From Deltaproteobacteria bacterium (GTDB lineage: Bacteria > Desulfobacterota_D > UBA1144 > Nemesobacterales > Nemesobacteraceae), in NCBI GenBank assembly GCA_029262295.1, contig JAJCZR010000068.1, positions 9,749 to 73,748 of the forward strand: a stretch of DNA of 64,000 nt, read 5' to 3'. This document shows, one piece after another, positions 37,059 to 47,622 of this stretch. Position 1 is the stretch's first letter, and the number at the start of each line of letters is the position of its first letter. Position numbers and translations under genes: made by a program. Below the pieces are notes generated by a model, which did not search any database, was not told the DNA's origin, and saw only the letters and a program-made list of their open reading frames with translations.

Positions 37059-38072
37059 CTAACTTATTAGTTTGGAGTAGATTTTTAAAAGTTTATTTGC
37101 TGCTACAGTCGAGCTGGTTTTCCCTTTCATAACTTTTTCTTCCAGTTTTACTATATTCTTTTTAATCTCTTCATTTTTATAAAAGCTTGTTTCAAGTATG
37201 TCTTTAACTGTTTCGTGCATCCAAAATTTTGCCTGCTGCTTTCTTTTTTTTATAAAATAATTTTTATTTTTTGCTAATTTTTTGTAGTCTGAAATAGTTT
37301 TCCATATCTCTTTTATTCCAATGTTTTCCATTGATGAACAAGTTGAAACCCTTGGTTTCCAGCCGAGATCATTTGATGGAAAGAGTGAAAGCGCATTTTC
37401 AAATTCTTTTTTAGCAAGGCTTGCATTTTTTTTATTTTTTCCATCTGCTTTTGTGATAGCAATAGCATCTGCCATTTCCATAATTCCTCTTTTAATTCCC
37501 TGCATTTCATCGCCTGCACCAGCAAGTTGTAATAATAAAAAGAAATCAACCATTGAGTGGACTTTTATTTCAGACTGCCCAACACCAACTGTCTCAACAA
37601 TTATCACATCAAATCCTGCAGCTTCACAAAGAAGGATTGTTTCTCTGGTTTTTCTTGCAACGCCACCCAGTGAACCTGATGATGGAGTTGGCCTGATATA
37701 TGCATTTTTATGGGAAGATAGTGTTTCCATACGCACTTTGTCAGCAAGAATGCTTCCTTTTGTAATTTCACTGGTTGGATCAATTGTAAGAACTGCAAGT
37801 TTCTTCTTTTCTTTGTTTACAAGGTGGCTGCCAAAAGATTCAATAAATGTGCTTTTACCTGCACCAGGTGCCCCAGTTATGGCAATTCTTATTGAATTAC
37901 CGGTTTGAGGAAGGCAACTGTTAACAATTTTCTGAGCGATTTCAGAATGTTTAGGCAAAGTGCTTTCTACAAGGGTAATTGCCTGGCTCAAGATAGTAAT
38001 ATTTCCATCCAGAATACCATCAACATATTCTTTAGCTTTTAATTTTTTTTTGCCAGGAGATTTTTTGGTCAT
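37059..38072 (-). CDS. meaB: Methylmalonyl-CoA mutase-associated GTPase MeaB/ArgK
   Basis: 337 aa. P-loop GAPGAGKST; LAVLTIDPTS; NKAD-like KAD. Overlaps the mutase alpha gene by 1 nt. Confidence 0.85.
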   Translation of the reverse strand: MTKKSPGKKKLKAKEYVDGILDGNITILSQAITLVESTLPKHSEIAQKIVNSCLPQTGNSIRIAITGAPGAGKSTFIESFGSHLVNKEKKKLAVLTIDPTSEITKGSILADKVRMETLSSHKNAYIRPTPSSGSLGGVARKTRETILLCEAAGFDVIIVETVGVGQSEIKVHSMVDFFLLLQLAGAGDEMQGIKRGIMEMADAIAITKADGKNKKNASLAKKEFENALSLFPSNDLGWKPRVSTCSSMENIGIKEIWKTISDYKKLAKNKNYFIKKRKQQAKFWMHETVKDILETSFYKNEEIKKNIVKLEEKVMKGKTSSTVAANKLLKIYSKLIS

Positions 38073-40207
38073 TATATATGGCTTTTTATTAATGGTTGAA
38101 GAATTTTCTGAGCTGCAACTGAAATTACGGTACCAGGCCCAAAAATTTCAGAAACCCCGGTTTTATAAAGAAAGTCATAATCTTTTTTAGGAATAACCCC
38201 GCCTGCTATAATTCTAATATCTTCCCTACCAAGTTTTTCAAGTTGCTCAATTAATGCGGGTATAAGGGTTTTGTGCCCAGCAGCAAGGCTAGATATACCA
38301 ATTAGATGAACGTCATTTTCAACTGCCTGTTTTGCAGCTTCGGCTGGAGTCTGAAAAAGCGGGCCAATATCAACATCAAACCCAAGGTCTGCAAAGCTGG
38401 TGGCTATTACTTTTGCTCCGCGATCATGCCCATCCTGGCCTATTTTGGCAACTAAGATTCTAGGACGTCTTCCCTCAAGTTCAGAAAATTTATCAGCTAA
38501 AGCCTTTGCTTTTATAAATTCTTTATCTTTTGAAATTTCCGAAGAGTAAACTCCCGAGATGGAGCGTATCACTGCTTTATACCTCCCACAGACTTTTTCA
38601 CAGGCATAGGATATTTCTCCTAATGTTGCCCTTTTTCTTGCAGCATCCACAGCCAGCATGAGAAGGTTGTCTTTACCGCTTTTGCTTGCTTCTGTGATTT
38701 TTGAAAGCGCCTTCTCAACAGATTTATTATTCCTTTCTTTTTTTAATTTTTCTAATCTTTTGAGCTGTTTTTTCATAACAGCAGTGTTGTCAATTTCCAG
38801 AGTTTCAATCTCTTCTTCTCTTTTTGTCTGATATTTATTTACACCTACAATTATATCTTTCCCTGAATCAATTCTTGCCTGTTTTTTTGCGGCAGCTTCT
38901 TCTATCCTCATCTTTGGGATACCGGTATCTATGGCCTTTGCCATTCCCCCAAGTTCTTCAATTTCCTCAATAAGTTTCCAGGCTCTTTTAGCAAGGGCAT
39001 CTGTGAGGTATTCAACATAGTAAGAACCTGCCCACGGGTCAACTGACTTGCATATATTTGTTTCATTCTGAATATAAATCTGAGTGTTCCTTGCAATTCT
39101 TGCCGAAAAATCTGTTGGAAGTGCTATTGCTTCATCAAGGGCATTTGTGTGAAGTGATTGAGTGCCACCAAAGACTGCTGCAAGTGCTTCCACGCATGTT
39201 CTTGTAACATTATTAAATGGATCCTGTTCTGTAAGGCTCCAGCCTGAAGTTTGGCAGTGAGTCCTGAGAGCGAGTGACTTGGGGTTTTTAGGTTTAAATT
39301 CATTTACTATTTTTGCCCAGAGCAATCTTCCAGCCCTGAGTTTAGCAATTTCCATGAAGTGGTTCATTCCAATTCCCCAGAAAAAAGAGATTCTGGGTGC
39401 GAAATCATCAATATCAAGGCCAGCTTTTATTCCTGTTCTGATATAGTCGAGACCATCCGCCAGAGTATATGCAAGTTCTATATCTGCAGTGGCACCCGCT
39501 TCTTGCATGTGATAGCCACTTACACTTATTGAATTAAATTTAGGCATGTTTTGAGATGTATATTCAAATATGTCCGCAATAATTTTCATTGAAAAATCAG
39601 GTGGGTAGATGTAAGTATTTCTAACCATAAACTCTTTTAAAACATCATTTTGAATAGTCCCGTTAAGCTTTTCTGGCGAAACTCCCTGCTCCTCAGCAGC
39701 AACAATATAAAAAGCCATTATTGGAAGCACTGCTCCATTCATTGTCATTGAAACAGATATCTCATCAAGCGGAATCTGATCAAAAAGAATTTTCATATCA
39801 AGGACTGAATCTATTGCCACACCAGCTTTTCCCACATCTCCAACAACGCGTTTGTGATCAGAGTCATATCCTCTATGAGTGGGAAGATCAAAAGCAACTG
39901 AAAGCCCTTTTTGCCCTGACTGCAGGTTCCTTCTGTAAAATGCGTTTGATTCTTCTGCGGTTGAAAATCCTGCATATTGCCTGATTGTCCACGGCCTTGT
40001 CACATACATTGTTGAGTATGGGCCTCTTAGGTACGGCGGAATTCCAGCGGCGAAATTCAGATGTTCAATGTCTTTTAAATCTTCATAGTTGTAAAAAGGT
40101 CTTACGGGAATTTCTTCAGGGGTTTCCCAAAAATTATCATAATGTTTATTCTTATGGGACTTTTCTTTTTTAATATTGAGTTTGATTTTAGAGAAGTCAG
40201 GGCGCAT
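38072..40207 (-). CDS. mutB: Methylmalonyl-CoA mutase large (alpha) subunit with C-terminal B12-binding domain
   Basis: 711 aa. TIM-barrel substrate domain and C-terminal cobalamin-binding Rossmann domain ([13 protein letters not shown]; His in the DxHxxG context). Confidence 0.9.
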   Translation of the reverse strand: MRPDFSKIKLNIKKEKSHKNKHYDNFWETPEEIPVRPFYNYEDLKDIEHLNFAAGIPPYLRGPYSTMYVTRPWTIRQYAGFSTAEESNAFYRRNLQSGQKGLSVAFDLPTHRGYDSDHKRVVGDVGKAGVAIDSVLDMKILFDQIPLDEISVSMTMNGAVLPIMAFYIVAAEEQGVSPEKLNGTIQNDVLKEFMVRNTYIYPPDFSMKIIADIFEYTSQNMPKFNSISVSGYHMQEAGATADIELAYTLADGLDYIRTGIKAGLDIDDFAPRISFFWGIGMNHFMEIAKLRAGRLLWAKIVNEFKPKNPKSLALRTHCQTSGWSLTEQDPFNNVTRTCVEALAAVFGGTQSLHTNALDEAIALPTDFSARIARNTQIYIQNETNICKSVDPWAGSYYVEYLTDALAKRAWKLIEEIEELGGMAKAIDTGIPKMRIEEAAAKKQARIDSGKDIIVGVNKYQTKREEEIETLEIDNTAVMKKQLKRLEKLKKERNNKSVEKALSKITEASKSGKDNLLMLAVDAARKRATLGEISYACEKVCGRYKAVIRSISGVYSSEISKDKEFIKAKALADKFSELEGRRPRILVAKIGQDGHDRGAKVIATSFADLGFDVDIGPLFQTPAEAAKQAVENDVHLIGISSLAAGHKTLIPALIEQLEKLGREDIRIIAGGVIPKKDYDFLYKTGVSEIFGPGTVISVAAQKILQPLIKSHI

Positions 40208-40208
40208 T

Positions 40209-42062
40209 TTAATTTACACCTATTCCAAAGAGTTTTTGGTATTTCGACAGTATTTCTATCATATTTGAGCGAGCATAGATAAAATCATCAATTTTTTGGC
40301 ACTGCAGGTTCTCAAGAAGTTTTTTAGAATACCCTGCAACTATAATTTTAATCTTTGGATTTGCTGACCTGAGTTTTTTTACAGCTTTTGGAACAATTTC
40401 CAGGTAATCGTGGTTTGAGCTGCAAATTACGACAATTTCTGATTTACTATTTAGTGCTGCTTTTACACCCACTTCAACAGTTTCAAAGCCTGAGTTGTCA
40501 ATTACTTCAAAGCTGGCACACCCAAAAAAATTACGTGTGAAATTTGCCCTTGCATTTCTCATGGCAACATTCCCTAGCTGAAGGAGAAAAACTTTTGGGG
40601 GCTTTCTTCTAGATCTTTCTGTAGCCAGCCGTAGTTCTTCAAATATTTCACTTCCCCGCTGCGGTTTTAATGTTTCAAACTTATTTATGGATTCAGGATT
40701 TACGTTTGATTTACTTATTTTTTTAAAAATAGTTTCTTCGTTATTAGGGTACTTATTTGTTCCCAAAAACACTTCTTTTGCAGTTTGAATATTTTTTTCA
40801 AGGTATTTTCTGTTTTTATGTGTCTCACTTTGTATAGTTCCTTTTCTTAACTCTTTAACAAAGCCGCCAGATTTCTCTATTTTCTGAAATAGTTTAAGAG
40901 ATTCATTGGCAATAGAATTTGTAAGGGTTTCGATATAGTAAGAGCCAGCTCCTGGGTCAATTACTTTATCAAGATAAGCTTCCTCTCTTATTACAAGCTG
41001 TGAGTTACGGGATATTCTTTTAGAAAACTGATCAGGGTTTTTATAGTAATAATCAAATGGCATAACAGTGATGGAATTAGCCCCCCCAATTGCTGCTGCC
41101 ATTGTTTCAGTTGCGCCCCTCAAAATATTTATATGTGGATCGTAGATCGTTTTATTAAAGTGAGCTGTATGGGTGTGAACATACATTTTGAGGGACTCAT
41201 TATCTTTTGGTTTGTATTGTTTAATTATGTTTGCCCAGAGAAGCCTTGCTGCTCTTAGCTTGGCAACTTCCATGAAGAAGTTGGAACTTACTGAGAATGA
41301 AAAAGCCAATTTGCTGGATATAAAGTCAATATTGAACCCTAATTCTGAAAGCCTCGTTATATATTCTACTGCTGAGCTGAGTGAGAAAGCCACTTCCTGG
41401 ACAATGTTCCCTCCTGATGATTTAAAGTGATAACTATGAACCGTAAATAATTTGTAATCAGGAAGTACCTCGTTAAAAAGGGTAATGCTCTGTTTTAGAT
41501 CTTTAAAAATTGTTTCATTTAAATGTCCATTTAAAGCCAAATCTTTAAGGGGATCAAAAAAATAACAGCCTTTTAATTTGTCTTGCCTGCTTTTCCCATA
41601 TTTTATTAATAAGGACAGAAACTTTTTTGAATCTTCTGTTTTTGTAAAGTTTATTTCAATTTTTTCGGTATCAATCTTGTTTAGTAAAGACTCAAGGTCT
41701 TCTTTATCTTTAATAACAGCTGAATCAAAAGTGATAGAACCTGCACCATTATTAATGGAATTAATAGCTTGAGAGTTGGCCTTTTTTGGGTTGAGTTCAT
41801 TAATGTTTTCATTTATGAGCCAGGTGTTTTGCTCAGTTTTATTTCCCCTAATATAAGGAAACTCTCCTGGGGATGATTTGGAAATATCAATATCTTCTTT
41901 TCTGTAAAACGGTTGTACATCAAAACCTTCATAGGTTTTCCAGACAACTGTTTTATCAAAGTCACTGCCTTTCAGGTCTTTTTCAACAACTGATTTCCAC
42001 TCTTTAGTTTTTACAGGAGGAAACTCTGCAAACAATTTGTCTTTTATTTTTTTCTCACCCAT
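40209..42062 (-). CDS. mutA: Methylmalonyl-CoA mutase small (beta) subunit
   Basis: 617 aa mutase-fold protein lacking the canonical B12-binding motif, directly upstream of mutB (2-nt gap). Confidence 0.75.
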   Translation of the reverse strand: MGEKKIKDKLFAEFPPVKTKEWKSVVEKDLKGSDFDKTVVWKTYEGFDVQPFYRKEDIDISKSSPGEFPYIRGNKTEQNTWLINENINELNPKKANSQAINSINNGAGSITFDSAVIKDKEDLESLLNKIDTEKIEINFTKTEDSKKFLSLLIKYGKSRQDKLKGCYFFDPLKDLALNGHLNETIFKDLKQSITLFNEVLPDYKLFTVHSYHFKSSGGNIVQEVAFSLSSAVEYITRLSELGFNIDFISSKLAFSFSVSSNFFMEVAKLRAARLLWANIIKQYKPKDNESLKMYVHTHTAHFNKTIYDPHINILRGATETMAAAIGGANSITVMPFDYYYKNPDQFSKRISRNSQLVIREEAYLDKVIDPGAGSYYIETLTNSIANESLKLFQKIEKSGGFVKELRKGTIQSETHKNRKYLEKNIQTAKEVFLGTNKYPNNEETIFKKISKSNVNPESINKFETLKPQRGSEIFEELRLATERSRRKPPKVFLLQLGNVAMRNARANFTRNFFGCASFEVIDNSGFETVEVGVKAALNSKSEIVVICSSNHDYLEIVPKAVKKLRSANPKIKIIVAGYSKKLLENLQCQKIDDFIYARSNMIEILSKYQKLFGIGVN

Positions 42063-42167
42063 TTCTCACTCTTAATGTGTCAGATCGACAGTTAATAATA
42101 ATTGAACCATTTATACAATCAAATTGTTAATTTGTTTATCAGAATCATCAAAATATAATATAGTCTC

Positions 42168-42842
42168 ATGAAAAATAGTGCGGTTGTAATATTATCAGGT
42201 GGCATAGATAGTTGTGTTCTTGCTTTTAAAGCTGTAGGTAAGGGGATAGAGGTATATCCACTCACTTTTGTTTATGGACAAAAACACAGCAAAGAGATTG
42301 ATTCTGCAAAAAAAATCTGTGAAGAATTAAAACTTGACCCTAAAATTATAGATATATCTTCAATAAAAGAACTGTTAAAAGGTTCTGCTCTTACGGATGC
42401 TACAGTAAAAATCCCCGAAGTTGCTGCGGAAGTAGAAAATTATGAAACCCTTAAAACAACTGTTGTGCCAAACAGAAATGCAATTTTCCTTTCAATTGCG
42501 GTTGGTTATTCAGAGAGTATGGGTGTGAACAAGGTTTTATACGGGGCACACCATTCGGATAGAGGCGTATATCCTGATTGTAGAGTTGAGTTTGTTGAGG
42601 CTTTTGAAAGTGCTGAGCGAATTGCAAATGATAATGAAAATCTTGCTATAGAAGCTCCTTTTGTGAATATGGATAAGTCTCAAATCATAAAACTTGGAGA
42701 TAAACTGGGAGTACCATTTGCCGATACATGGTCATGTTATGTTGGCACGGATATTCATTGTGGCACTTGTAGTTCGTGTAGGGAAAGAAAAAGGGCCTTT
42801 CTTGAAGCTAATGTTATAGATCCAACGGAATATTTGAAATGA
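42168..42842 (+). CDS. queC: 7-cyano-7-deazaguanine synthase
   Basis: 224 aa. PP-loop ILSGGIDS. C-terminal zinc motif CGTCSSCRERKRAF. Confidence 0.9.
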   Translation: MKNSAVVILSGGIDSCVLAFKAVGKGIEVYPLTFVYGQKHSKEIDSAKKICEELKLDPKIIDISSIKELLKGSALTDATVKIPEVAAEVENYETLKTTVVPNRNAIFLSIAVGYSESMGVNKVLYGAHHSDRGVYPDCRVEFVEAFESAERIANDNENLAIEAPFVNMDKSQIIKLGDKLGVPFADTWSCYVGTDIHCGTCSSCRERKRAFLEANVIDPTEYLK

Positions 42843-43480
42843 AAGTAAATGAAATATTTTATTCTATACAAGGTGAAGGTTTGCAAGTCGGGCTTCCCAC
42901 TGTATTTCTAAGGCTTTTTGCATGTGATCTCAGGTGCAGTTGGTGTGACACTATGTATGCAGTTGAGGGAAGGGGTTTTAAGGATCTTGAAGAAAAAGAA
43001 GTTTTGGATGAGATATATAAATACAACTGTAAAAGACTTTGTATAACCGGCGGGGAACCCCTTCTTCAGGCAAATGAAGTTGAAAAATTATCCAAAAAAC
43101 TGTCTCAAGATGGTTTTTTTATAGTTTTAGAGACAAGCGGGCATAAAAAACCACCTGATATATTTGGAGAAAGTAACTTCTTGATAAGTATGGATTGTAA
43201 ATGTCCGAGTTCAGGAATGGAGAAAAGGATGAACTTTGATTTGTTTAAGCAACTTGATGAGAAAGATCAGCTAAAGTTTGTGATTGCAGATAAAAACGAT
43301 TATGAATATGCAAAGAAAGTCTTGAAGGAATATTGTGTAAAAGCTGCAGTTATATTTCAGCCTGTTTATGGTGAGACTTTTCAGTGGCTTGCAGAACTTG
43401 TTTTAAAGGATAACCTTACTCATCTAAGGATAATTCCGCAGGTGCACAAAGTAATATGGGGTGAGAAAAGAGGGGTTTAG
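42839..43480 (+). CDS. queE: 7-carboxy-7-deazaguanine synthase (radical SAM)
   Basis: 213 aa. Cx14CxxC-type QueE cluster motif FLRLFACDLRCSWCDT. Overlaps queC by 4 nt. Confidence 0.85.
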   Translation: MKVNEIFYSIQGEGLQVGLPTVFLRLFACDLRCSWCDTMYAVEGRGFKDLEEKEVLDEIYKYNCKRLCITGGEPLLQANEVEKLSKKLSQDGFFIVLETSGHKKPPDIFGESNFLISMDCKCPSSGMEKRMNFDLFKQLDEKDQLKFVIADKNDYEYAKKVLKEYCVKAAVIFQPVYGETFQWLAELVLKDNLTHLRIIPQVHKVIWGEKRGV

Positions 43481-43575
43481 TTTTAAGTTAACAATTGAAT
43501 GATTTTTCTTTCAAATTGTAGTATAATAAAGATTGTGTAGAAACAACCTATGTTTTTGTTTTTTTGGAGGCAACA

Positions 43576-44439
43576 ATGAGTAACGAAGTTGAAAAATATG
43601 ATTATGAACCCTTCGCTGACACCGAAGAATATAAAAAGGTGAACAGTGACATTATCACTACCTGGATTCAAATAATGATAGATAAGGGTACAAAAAGTGT
43701 AGATAAATTATTGGACATAGCTACAGGTGCAGGCACTATGGTGCAACTGTTTTTTAACCTTCTACCTTCTAATTTAAAAGAGTCGGCGGTTTTATGTCTT
43801 GATCAGTCTGGTGAAGCTTTGAAATTAGCTCAAGAAAGGCTTGGAAAGGAAATAAAAAAATTAAACCTTATTAACTCACAAATACAGGATATGGATCTTC
43901 CAGATAAGAGCGTTGATGTGGCACTTTGGGGAAATGGCATTCATTATCTTTGTGAAGAAGAACAGATTGAATGTTTAAAAAGAATTAAAAGGGTTCTAAA
44001 ACCAGGCGGCATGTTCTTTTTCAATACAGCTTTTTATGAAGAAGCAAGACCCGCAGACACTCTCCCATTTTATAGATCACAGGTAAAAAATGCAGTTCAA
44101 TATCTGAGAGATAAAGGAATAAAAAGAGAAAAAACCGAGAAAAAAGCAGAGGCAGGTAAATTTCTTCCACGCTCACATTATGAAAGCCTTGTCAGCAAAG
44201 CAGGTTTTAGTCTTGTAGAAGCACAGGAATTTGCTGCCGACCTCACAAAAGATGCCTGGGAACATATAAGCGCATTTCAACAGTATGCTTCAGGAGCCCT
44301 AGGTGGTTATCCATTGGAACATGCTTCTACAGCTATGAAAAATGCTGTTGGGCCAGCAATTCAGCAACATGGTGAAGTGGATAATAGCGGAACTTTCTTT
44401 GTAACAAGAAACTGGCTTGCTATTAGTGCACAAGCCTAA
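43576..44439 (+). CDS. Class I SAM-dependent methyltransferase
   Basis: Motif I LDIATGAGTMVQLF. GGAGG SD 5 nt before the ATG at 43576. The track start at 43564 is a TTG. Confidence 0.65.
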   Translation: MSNEVEKYDYEPFADTEEYKKVNSDIITTWIQIMIDKGTKSVDKLLDIATGAGTMVQLFFNLLPSNLKESAVLCLDQSGEALKLAQERLGKEIKKLNLINSQIQDMDLPDKSVDVALWGNGIHYLCEEEQIECLKRIKRVLKPGGMFFFNTAFYEEARPADTLPFYRSQVKNAVQYLRDKGIKREKTEKKAEAGKFLPRSHYESLVSKAGFSLVEAQEFAADLTKDAWEHISAFQQYASGALGGYPLEHASTAMKNAVGPAIQQHGEVDNSGTFFVTRNWLAISAQA

Positions 44440-44488
44440 GCTTATACAGATTTCTTCTAAAACCAATTTAAGTTAAACTTGTTAACTT

Positions 44489-45442
44489 ATGATGGTTGAC
44501 AAAAGTAAAGAAGTCTCTCCAAACGAATTTGAAATAGGCGCTGTTTCAAAAATTACAGGGATATCGCAGCATCGACTTCGAGTCTGGGAAAGACGTTATG
44601 ATGTTGTAAGTCCAAGAAGAAGTGAATCAAATAGAAGATACTATTCCGGGCAAGATGTAAGAAAACTCCTTTTAATAAAAAGCTTACTTGATGGTGGTAA
44701 CTCTATTGGATCTATTGCCTCTCTTTCAATTAAACAACTTGAAGAAAAGATAAAGAGTGATCCATATCTTAAAACTTCTGACAATAAGAAAAAAAGTTTT
44801 GTAATTAAGGCTGCTGTATGCGGGTTTGATGTTGTAAGCAAAATTGAAAATAATTCCAGAAATTTAAAAAACCTTAAAGTACAACTTCTTGAAACTGATT
44901 TTACTACTTTAAAAAACAAAATTTCTAAAATTGATGTGGAATTACTAATTCTCGAATATGAAACTCTTGAGAACCAAAATATTCAGGAAATTTATAATTT
45001 CATAGGTGAGTCGGGAGCGAACCACGCAGTTCTAATTTATTGGTTTTCAGAAAGTAAAATTCTGGAATCAATAAATAAATCTTTAATTACACCTGTTAGA
45101 TCTCCAATTGAATTGGATGAACTTCTTATTATCTGTAACAATCTTTATAATTTATGCACAGATTTTGAATTAGATTTAAAAAATGAGGCAAGAATTTTTA
45201 ATTTTTCACAGCTAGCAAGTATAGCTTCGTGTACACCTACTGTTGAATGTGAATGTCCCCATCAGCTTGTTACTTTAATATATGGACTTCTAGCTTTTGA
45301 AAAATATAGTGCCGAGTGTGAAAGTAGGAATATTCAGGATGCAAAGCTTCACAGGTTTTTGTATGAGACCACTTCCAAAGCAAGGTCTCTAATAGAAAAA
45401 GCACTGGAAAAAGTAGCAGAAATTGAAGGGATTGAATACTAA
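44489..45442 (+). CDS. MerR-family HTH transcriptional regulator with a long C-terminal domain of unknown function
   Basis: 317 aa. FEIGAVSKITGISQHRLRVWERRYDVVSPRRSESNRRYYSGQDVRKL is a MerR-type HTH. A 7-bp inverted repeat AAGTTAA-N5-TTAACTT abuts the start codon. Confidence 0.65.
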   Translation: MMVDKSKEVSPNEFEIGAVSKITGISQHRLRVWERRYDVVSPRRSESNRRYYSGQDVRKLLLIKSLLDGGNSIGSIASLSIKQLEEKIKSDPYLKTSDNKKKSFVIKAAVCGFDVVSKIENNSRNLKNLKVQLLETDFTTLKNKISKIDVELLILEYETLENQNIQEIYNFIGESGANHAVLIYWFSESKILESINKSLITPVRSPIELDELLIICNNLYNLCTDFELDLKNEARIFNFSQLASIASCTPTVECECPHQLVTLIYGLLAFEKYSAECESRNIQDAKLHRFLYETTSKARSLIEKALEKVAEIEGIEY

Positions 45443-45670
45443 TTGTCAGCCAACTTTTAAAAGAAAATTCTGTAATAACTGCAATTCAAGATGGATAATA
45501 TAACCATGTGGATTTACCTCATTTGTAAATTCAAAAATGTATAAAATTTTGTTAATGGACTCTTTTTAAAATTGCTGGTTATGTAAACATATTTCTGGAA
45601 AGAAGCATTTATTTTGTGACGTTATTAAATAAATCTGGTTTAATGTTTTTGTGTAAGATTAAATTTAAAA

Positions 45671-46387
45671 ATGGAGATAAACATGATTAATAAAAGAATA
45701 ATAACAGTTTTAGGTATTTTGATTTTTTGTTTTTCAATAAATGCAACTGCCGATGAGTTTAGTAAAAGCACAATTCAGGTAAATGGAAAAGGTGAGATCA
45801 CAGCCGAACCTGATGTTGCGTATATAAATATATCTGTGGAAACAAGCTCAAAAGTTGCAGCTGATGCAGTGAGGCAAAATGCTGAAAAAACAACAAATGT
45901 GATTAAAAAAATAAAATCTGTAATCAGTGGGAATGATAAGGTGAAAACTACAAACTACAATCTTTCACCTGTTTATGAATACAACAGCACTACAAAAAAG
46001 CAGTATTTAAAGGAATATAGAGTTGTAAATGAAGTTTTGGTTGAAACTTATAATCTTGATAATATTGGCAAACTTATTGATTCCACTACCACTCTTGGAG
46101 CCAACAGGATAAGCGGGCCAAGGTTTGGAATTAAAAATTCAGATGAACTCGAGAGAAAAGCTTTAGTAAAGGCTGTGGAGGATGCAAAAAAAACAGCTGA
46201 GACTGTAGCCCTTGCTTCGGGTACTAATATTATTAAAATTCTCAGAATTAATCCAAGTTATAACAGACCAGCCCCTCATTTTAACAGGTCTTTCGAGTCT
46301 AGGGCTGTTGCTGATTCTTCTACTCCGATTGAGGCTGGAGATCTAACCATCACAGCGAATGTAACAATTGTTTATGAGATTGAGTAA
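45671..46387 (+). CDS. SIMPL (DUF541) domain periplasmic protein
   Basis: 238 aa. Signal peptide. VNGKGEITAEPDVAYINISVET matches the SIMPL/BP26 N-terminal region. Confidence 0.75.
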   Translation: MEINMINKRIITVLGILIFCFSINATADEFSKSTIQVNGKGEITAEPDVAYINISVETSSKVAADAVRQNAEKTTNVIKKIKSVISGNDKVKTTNYNLSPVYEYNSTTKKQYLKEYRVVNEVLVETYNLDNIGKLIDSTTTLGANRISGPRFGIKNSDELERKALVKAVEDAKKTAETVALASGTNIIKILRINPSYNRPAPHFNRSFESRAVADSSTPIEAGDLTITANVTIVYEIE

Positions 46388-46392
46388 TCGAT

Positions 46393-46713
46393 TTATTCCA
46401 GATTGGAATCGTTTTCTCTTAAAAAATCAAAGGTGTAAAAGCCGGTATCACACCAGTTTTCGCCAACAAATTTTATTGCATAGTTACCAATAAACTCAAT
46501 TTTTTCGGGGCTCATACCTTGTGAACCAAGTGGTATCTTCTTTTTGAAAGGAAGTTTACCTGTCCTGCTTTTTTTTCTTAATCTTCTACAGCTTGCACAT
46601 GGGCAAATCGCTCTTAAATCTTCGTAAAGGAATATACTTTCATGCCCATCGTCCCAAATAATTTGAAGTGTGGTATCTGTAAACTCATTTATTTCTTTAG
46701 GTGTGTGTTCCAT
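46393..46713 (-). CDS. DUF971 domain protein
   Basis: 106 aa with the conserved ICPCASC cysteine motif of DUF971. Confidence 0.55.
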   Translation of the reverse strand: MEHTPKEINEFTDTTLQIIWDDGHESIFLYEDLRAICPCASCRRLRKKSRTGKLPFKKKIPLGSQGMSPEKIEFIGNYAIKFVGENWCDTGFYTFDFLRENDSNLE

Positions 46714-46820
46714 TTGTAATTGTATCCTACCTGAATTCTTTAGAATTTAGTATTAGAGAGTTGCTCATAGAGTATTTCAAGTTGTTGCTATCAAACCTGC
46801 TGGATAGTATAATCAAAACT

Positions 46821-47573
46821 ATGGAACAAGATGCAGTTTCTACTCTTATTGAATGGATTAAAACTTCATCACAGATTGTTTTTCTAACTGGTTCAGAACT
46901 TTGTTATGAAGCTGGTATTCCGGATGTTGCCGATAAAAATTTTAACCCTGATATTAATCAGTATAAAAATATTCCAGAGGTAAGAAAAAAGTACTGGAAC
47001 AAGATCAAAGAGTATTATCCAAAAATTTCATCTGCAAAGCCTTCTCCAACACATGAAGCAATTTATGAGATGGAGCTTTTATACAATGTGGATTGTGTTC
47101 TCACGCAGTGTGCAGACGGGCTTCATCTGAAAACTGGTTCTGAAAAAGTAATAGAGATATATGCATCAATAAACTGGGTTACCTGCCCAAATTGTGGAAA
47201 GGACTATAAGATTGAAGAAGTTATATCAGAGCTTGAAAAAGGTGCTGAAGTTCCAAGTTGCAAGGAATGTGGAAATGACAGGATAAAGCCACCTATTTCT
47301 TTTCCTGGTCAGGCTCTTCCCCACTGGGAGATTAGAGAGTCGTGGATGAGATTACAAAACTGTGATCTTCTAATAATTGTTGGTGCGAATCTTGAAGATG
47401 AACCTGTTGCATCGTTTCCATTTCAGGTCATGAATAACGAGAATAAAGTTGCAATAATTGGTGAAGCTGCCACACTGGCTGATGACTATGTAAGTGCTGT
47501 AATAAATGGGAAACCAAGTCATGTTTTGCCATATATTTTAAAGCAGCTTAAAGAAACAACCATTGTTTCATAA
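46821..47573 (+). CDS. Sir2-family NAD-dependent protein deacylase (sirtuin/CobB-like)
   Basis: About 250 aa from the ATG at 46821. Catalytic QCADGLH. Zn ribbon CPNCG...CKECG. The track start at 46701 overlaps the DUF971 gene and is unlikely. Confidence 0.65.
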   Translation: MEQDAVSTLIEWIKTSSQIVFLTGSELCYEAGIPDVADKNFNPDINQYKNIPEVRKKYWNKIKEYYPKISSAKPSPTHEAIYEMELLYNVDCVLTQCADGLHLKTGSEKVIEIYASINWVTCPNCGKDYKIEEVISELEKGAEVPSCKECGNDRIKPPISFPGQALPHWEIRESWMRLQNCDLLIIVGANLEDEPVASFPFQVMNNENKVAIIGEAATLADDYVSAVINGKPSHVLPYILKQLKETTIVS

Positions 47574-47622
47574 GTTTAAATCCATTAGTATTATAAACCT
47601 AAAAATTAGCGGAGTTTTTTAA

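Noticed and set aside
42063-42167. Possible preQ1 riboswitch upstream of queC (hairpin TGTC-agatc-GACA followed by GUUAAUAAUAAUUGAAC)
   Set aside because: The tail resembles preQ1-I, but the loop is only 5 nt and the stem 4 bp. That is too small for the aptamer. Not supportable without a covariance-model scan.
46821-47573. Sir2 gene as part of an anti-phage system (Thoeris/DSR/SIR2-HerA)
   Set aside because: It is a short classical sirtuin with a Zn ribbon and QCADGLH catalytic His. There is no TIR, HerA, pAgo or SLOG partner. Neighbours are metabolic.
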